A stretch of DNA of 64,000 nt from Opitutales bacterium. Its GTDB lineage: Bacteria > Verrucomicrobiota > Verrucomicrobiia > Opitutales > JAJFLR01. How positions within the stretch are numbered: the first letter of the stretch is position 1; every line of letters starts with the position of its first letter. Below are positions 61,433 to 64,000 of the stretch, piece after piece. The translations under genes and the position numbers were made by a program. The DNA is taken from contig JAJFLR010000096.1 of assembly GCA_021772565.1 (NCBI GenBank), forward strand, positions 5,266-69,265, given 5' to 3'. Below the pieces are notes generated by a model. That model was not told where the DNA came from. It did not search any database and saw only the letters and a program-made list of their open reading frames with translations.

Positions 61433-62035
61433 CTATTCTGTGATATGCTCAACTTGCCAAAATTCTAACTCAACTGGTGTGAATCGTCCAAATATTGATA
61501 CAGATACTTTAAGTTTTCCTTTTTCAATATCTATTTCATCAATCCGTCCATTCAGGTTAAGAAATGGTCCATCATTAATTTTTACATCTTCACCAACTAC
61601 AAAATTAATTTTTGGAACTTCTTTACCAACTGAATCCTTAACCTGTTCCAAAATACGATCAATTTCATCTTTTCTGAGTGGAATAGGATTTTTTCCACCC
61701 ACAATAGATATAACTCCATCAATGCCATTTACATAATACCAAGGTCGATCCAATACTGCCCCATTTTCATCAAATAACCTCATGTGAATAAAAAGATAAT
61801 TCACATATAGTTTGCGGACTTTTTGAATTTTTTTACCACCTTTTATTTCTGTAACTGTTTCTGTTGGCATCAGTACTTCGTAAATAAAGTCATCCATTTC
61901 TTCAGCTGCCAAATACCTCTCAATATGCTTTTTTACTGTACTTTCTTTATTAGAAAGTGTCTGTACAGCATACCAGTTTCCATCCTTCTTTACAGAAGTT
62001 TCATTCTCTATCGACTCTCCTTCTTGTACTGACAT
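61433..62035 (-). CDS. nusG: transcription termination/antitermination factor NusG
   Basis: 200 aa. NGN domain (WYAVQTLSNKE). KOW motif (GEDVKINDGPFLNLNGRIDEID). Confidence 0.9.
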   Translation of the reverse strand: MSVQEGESIENETSVKKDGNWYAVQTLSNKESTVKKHIERYLAAEEMDDFIYEVLMPTETVTEIKGGKKIQKVRKLYVNYLFIHMRLFDENGAVLDRPWYYVNGIDGVISIVGGKNPIPLRKDEIDRILEQVKDSVGKEVPKINFVVGEDVKINDGPFLNLNGRIDEIDIEKGKLKVSVSIFGRFTPVELEFWQVEHITE

Positions 62036-62054
62036 TATTTTAATTTTTTAAGTA

Positions 62055-62267
62055 TCAAACTCCACCTCGAACCCATTTAGTTAATAAAGTAACCCAATTA
62101 TATACTGAAAAATCTGCTAAAGTAATGTATATTCCTAATATAATTATTGCAATTAATACGACAACAGTTGATTCACGCAACTCTTTACGAGTAGGCCAAG
62201 TAGCTTTTTTCAGCTCGGTTAGCGTTTCGTTAAAAAAGAGTCTTACTCTGTTAAATGGATTTGCCAT
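62055..62267 (-). CDS. secE: preprotein translocase subunit SecE
   Basis: 70 aa. ...LKKATWPTRKEL... followed by a single TM helix. Sits between tRNA-Trp and nusG. Confidence 0.85.
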   Translation of the reverse strand: MANPFNRVRLFFNETLTELKKATWPTRKELRESTVVVLIAIIILGIYITLADFSVYNWVTLLTKWVRGGV

Positions 62268-62289
62268 TAATTTTTTAATTTTTAAAATC

Positions 62290-62365
62290 TGGCAGGGCAG
62301 GAGGGGCTCGAACCCCCAACTTGCGGTTTTGGAGACCGCTGCTCTACCAATTGAACTACTGCCCT
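62290..62365 (-). tRNA. tRNA-Trp (anticodon CCA), CCA end encoded
   Basis: The reverse complement agggcagtagttcaattggtagagcagcggtctCCAaaaccgcaagttgggggttcgagcccctcctgccctgcca folds as a cloverleaf. Confidence 0.92.
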
Positions 62366-62478
62366 AGGCATATAATCAATTTTTTTATTTTTGGTTATAT
62401 ATCTCTCTTTGATTTTTAAATGAAGAAGCCGAGGACTAATTATTCAAGTCCTCGGCATTAACAAATTATTTCTTAAAT

Positions 62479-63669
62479 TTACTCAACTATATCAGTTATT
62501 CTACCTGCTCCAATTGTTCGTCCACCTTCTCTTATAGCAAATCTTTGACCTTTCTCCATAGCAATTGCCTTCTGGAGTGATAGGCTAACACCTAGATTAT
62601 CTCCCGGCATTACCATTTCTACCCCTTCAGGTAGATCAACTACACCGGTTACATCAGTTGTTCGAAAATAAAATTGTGGTCGATAACCATTAAAAAATGG
62701 CGTATGTCTACCACCTTCGTCTTTAGTTAGAACATAAACTTCAGCTTTGGCTTTAATATGAGGTGTTATTGTTCCAGGTTTCGCTAATACATGACCACGT
62801 TCAATTTGATCCTTCTCAACACCACGAAGAAGTACACCTACATTATCACCTGCTCTACCTTCATCTAATGTTTTTCTAAACATCTCGACACCTGTAACAA
62901 CTGCTGTAATTGTATCAGTAAGTCCAACTATTTCTATATTTTCACCCACCTTAACTATTCCACGCTCAATTCTCCCAGTTGCTACTGTACCGCGTCCAGT
63001 TATTGAAAATACATCTTCAACAGACATAAGAAATGGCTGATCAATTTCACGAACAGGTTCTGGTATATCTTTGTCAACAGCTTCAAGTAATTTTGCTATG
63101 CACTCTAGGCCTTCTGGTTTCCCTTCAATTGCTGCAAGTGCTGAACCTCTAATAACTGATATATTGTCTCCATCAAATTCATATTTTGAAAGCAACTCGC
63201 GCACTTCCATCTCGACCAATTCCAATAGTTCTTCATCATCCAATAAATCTACTTTATTAAGAAAAACTACTATATTTGGAACTCCCACCTGTCTAGCTAG
63301 CAATATGTGCTCTCTAGTTTGAGGCATAGGACCATCTGCTGCACTAACTACTAAAATTGCCCCGTCCATTTGGGCTGCTCCAGTAATCATATTTTTAACA
63401 AAATCCGCGTGACCTGGACAGTCAACGTGTGCATAGTGCCTATTATCTGACTCATACTCTACGTGAGCAACAGCTATTGTGACTATTTTAGAGGCATCAC
63501 GTACTGTTCCACCTTTAGCAATATCAGCATATGACTTAAACTCTGCCATCCCTTTGTCACTCTGAACTTTTAGTAATGCAGTTGTAAGAGTAGTTTTACC
63601 ATGGTCCACGTGACCGATAGTTCCTACATTAACATGAGGTTTTGACCTTTCGAATACTTCCTTAGCCAT
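62479..63669 (-). CDS. tuf: elongation factor Tu
   Basis: 396 aa. [21 protein letters not shown]. Confidence 0.97.
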   Translation of the reverse strand: MAKEVFERSKPHVNVGTIGHVDHGKTTLTTALLKVQSDKGMAEFKSYADIAKGGTVRDASKIVTIAVAHVEYESDNRHYAHVDCPGHADFVKNMITGAAQMDGAILVVSAADGPMPQTREHILLARQVGVPNIVVFLNKVDLLDDEELLELVEMEVRELLSKYEFDGDNISVIRGSALAAIEGKPEGLECIAKLLEAVDKDIPEPVREIDQPFLMSVEDVFSITGRGTVATGRIERGIVKVGENIEIVGLTDTITAVVTGVEMFRKTLDEGRAGDNVGVLLRGVEKDQIERGHVLAKPGTITPHIKAKAEVYVLTKDEGGRHTPFFNGYRPQFYFRTTDVTGVVDLPEGVEMVMPGDNLGVSLSLQKAIAMEKGQRFAIREGGRTIGAGRITDIVE

Positions 63670-63743
63670 TGATCAATATTTTAAGTGTTATATTTTTAGT
63701 GTTATAATATTATAAAAAAATAATTAATTTCTCATTATTTATA

Positions 63744-63819
<76 letters not shown>

Positions 63820-64000
63820 ACTTATCGAAATGCCTTTGGTCATCGTAAGAACATGCATAAAAATAAAAAGAAGCGCGCACTTTGATGTTTTGAAACAATG
63901 CCGTCAACACTTTTTCTAAAAAAAACTAGAAAACAATTACTAGTGATAAAAAATCTAGAATGCACTTAGCTATTTAATGATAATTTTTCAGAATGGGCTT

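Overview
This is an AT-rich bacterial chromosome segment, roughly one-third G+C by eye. It looks Gram-negative (TonB-dependent receptor, PEP-CTERM tail, HlyD/FtsX exporter), but the phylum cannot be fixed from the sequence alone. It falls into three blocks. (i) 0.2-6.6 kb holds a TonB-dependent receptor, an unknown exported protein and a binding-protein/ATPase/permease uptake operon. The intercistronic gaps of this operon carry nested G+C-rich palindromic MITE-like repeats. (ii) 6.6-21.2 kb is an accessory mosaic ending at tRNA-Tyr. It contains higB with an HTH-less higA and a complete type I R-M system (hsdM, hsdS, hsdR). The R-M locus also carries a HEPN gene, an MNT nucleotidyltransferase domain fused in frame to HsdS, a truncated Bro-N gene and a four-helix-bundle gene. 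It holds five full copies and one half copy of a TTGAAAA-heptamer hairpin element; two full copies lie in frame inside hsdR. A ferritin-like gene and a HlyD/FtsX/ATPase exporter follow. The cassette borders are marked by decayed copies of the permease 3' end and of an MBL-fold hydrolase gene. (iii) 21.2-32.4 kb holds housekeeping genes (mpl, hybrid kinase, PPTase, mazG, trpC, rsmA, hisD, guaA). From 32.4 to 63.8 kb runs an uninterrupted minus-strand translation/transcription supercluster (tRNA-Thr, tuf, tRNA-Trp, secE, nusG, rplKAJL, rpoBC, rpsLG, fusA, S10-spc-alpha genes), with an extra secreted-protein gene wedged between rpsS and rplV. I recognised no rRNA, CRISPR array, integrase or transposase gene. 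The most interesting candidate system is the R-M locus with the HEPN gene and the MNT-HsdS fusion.
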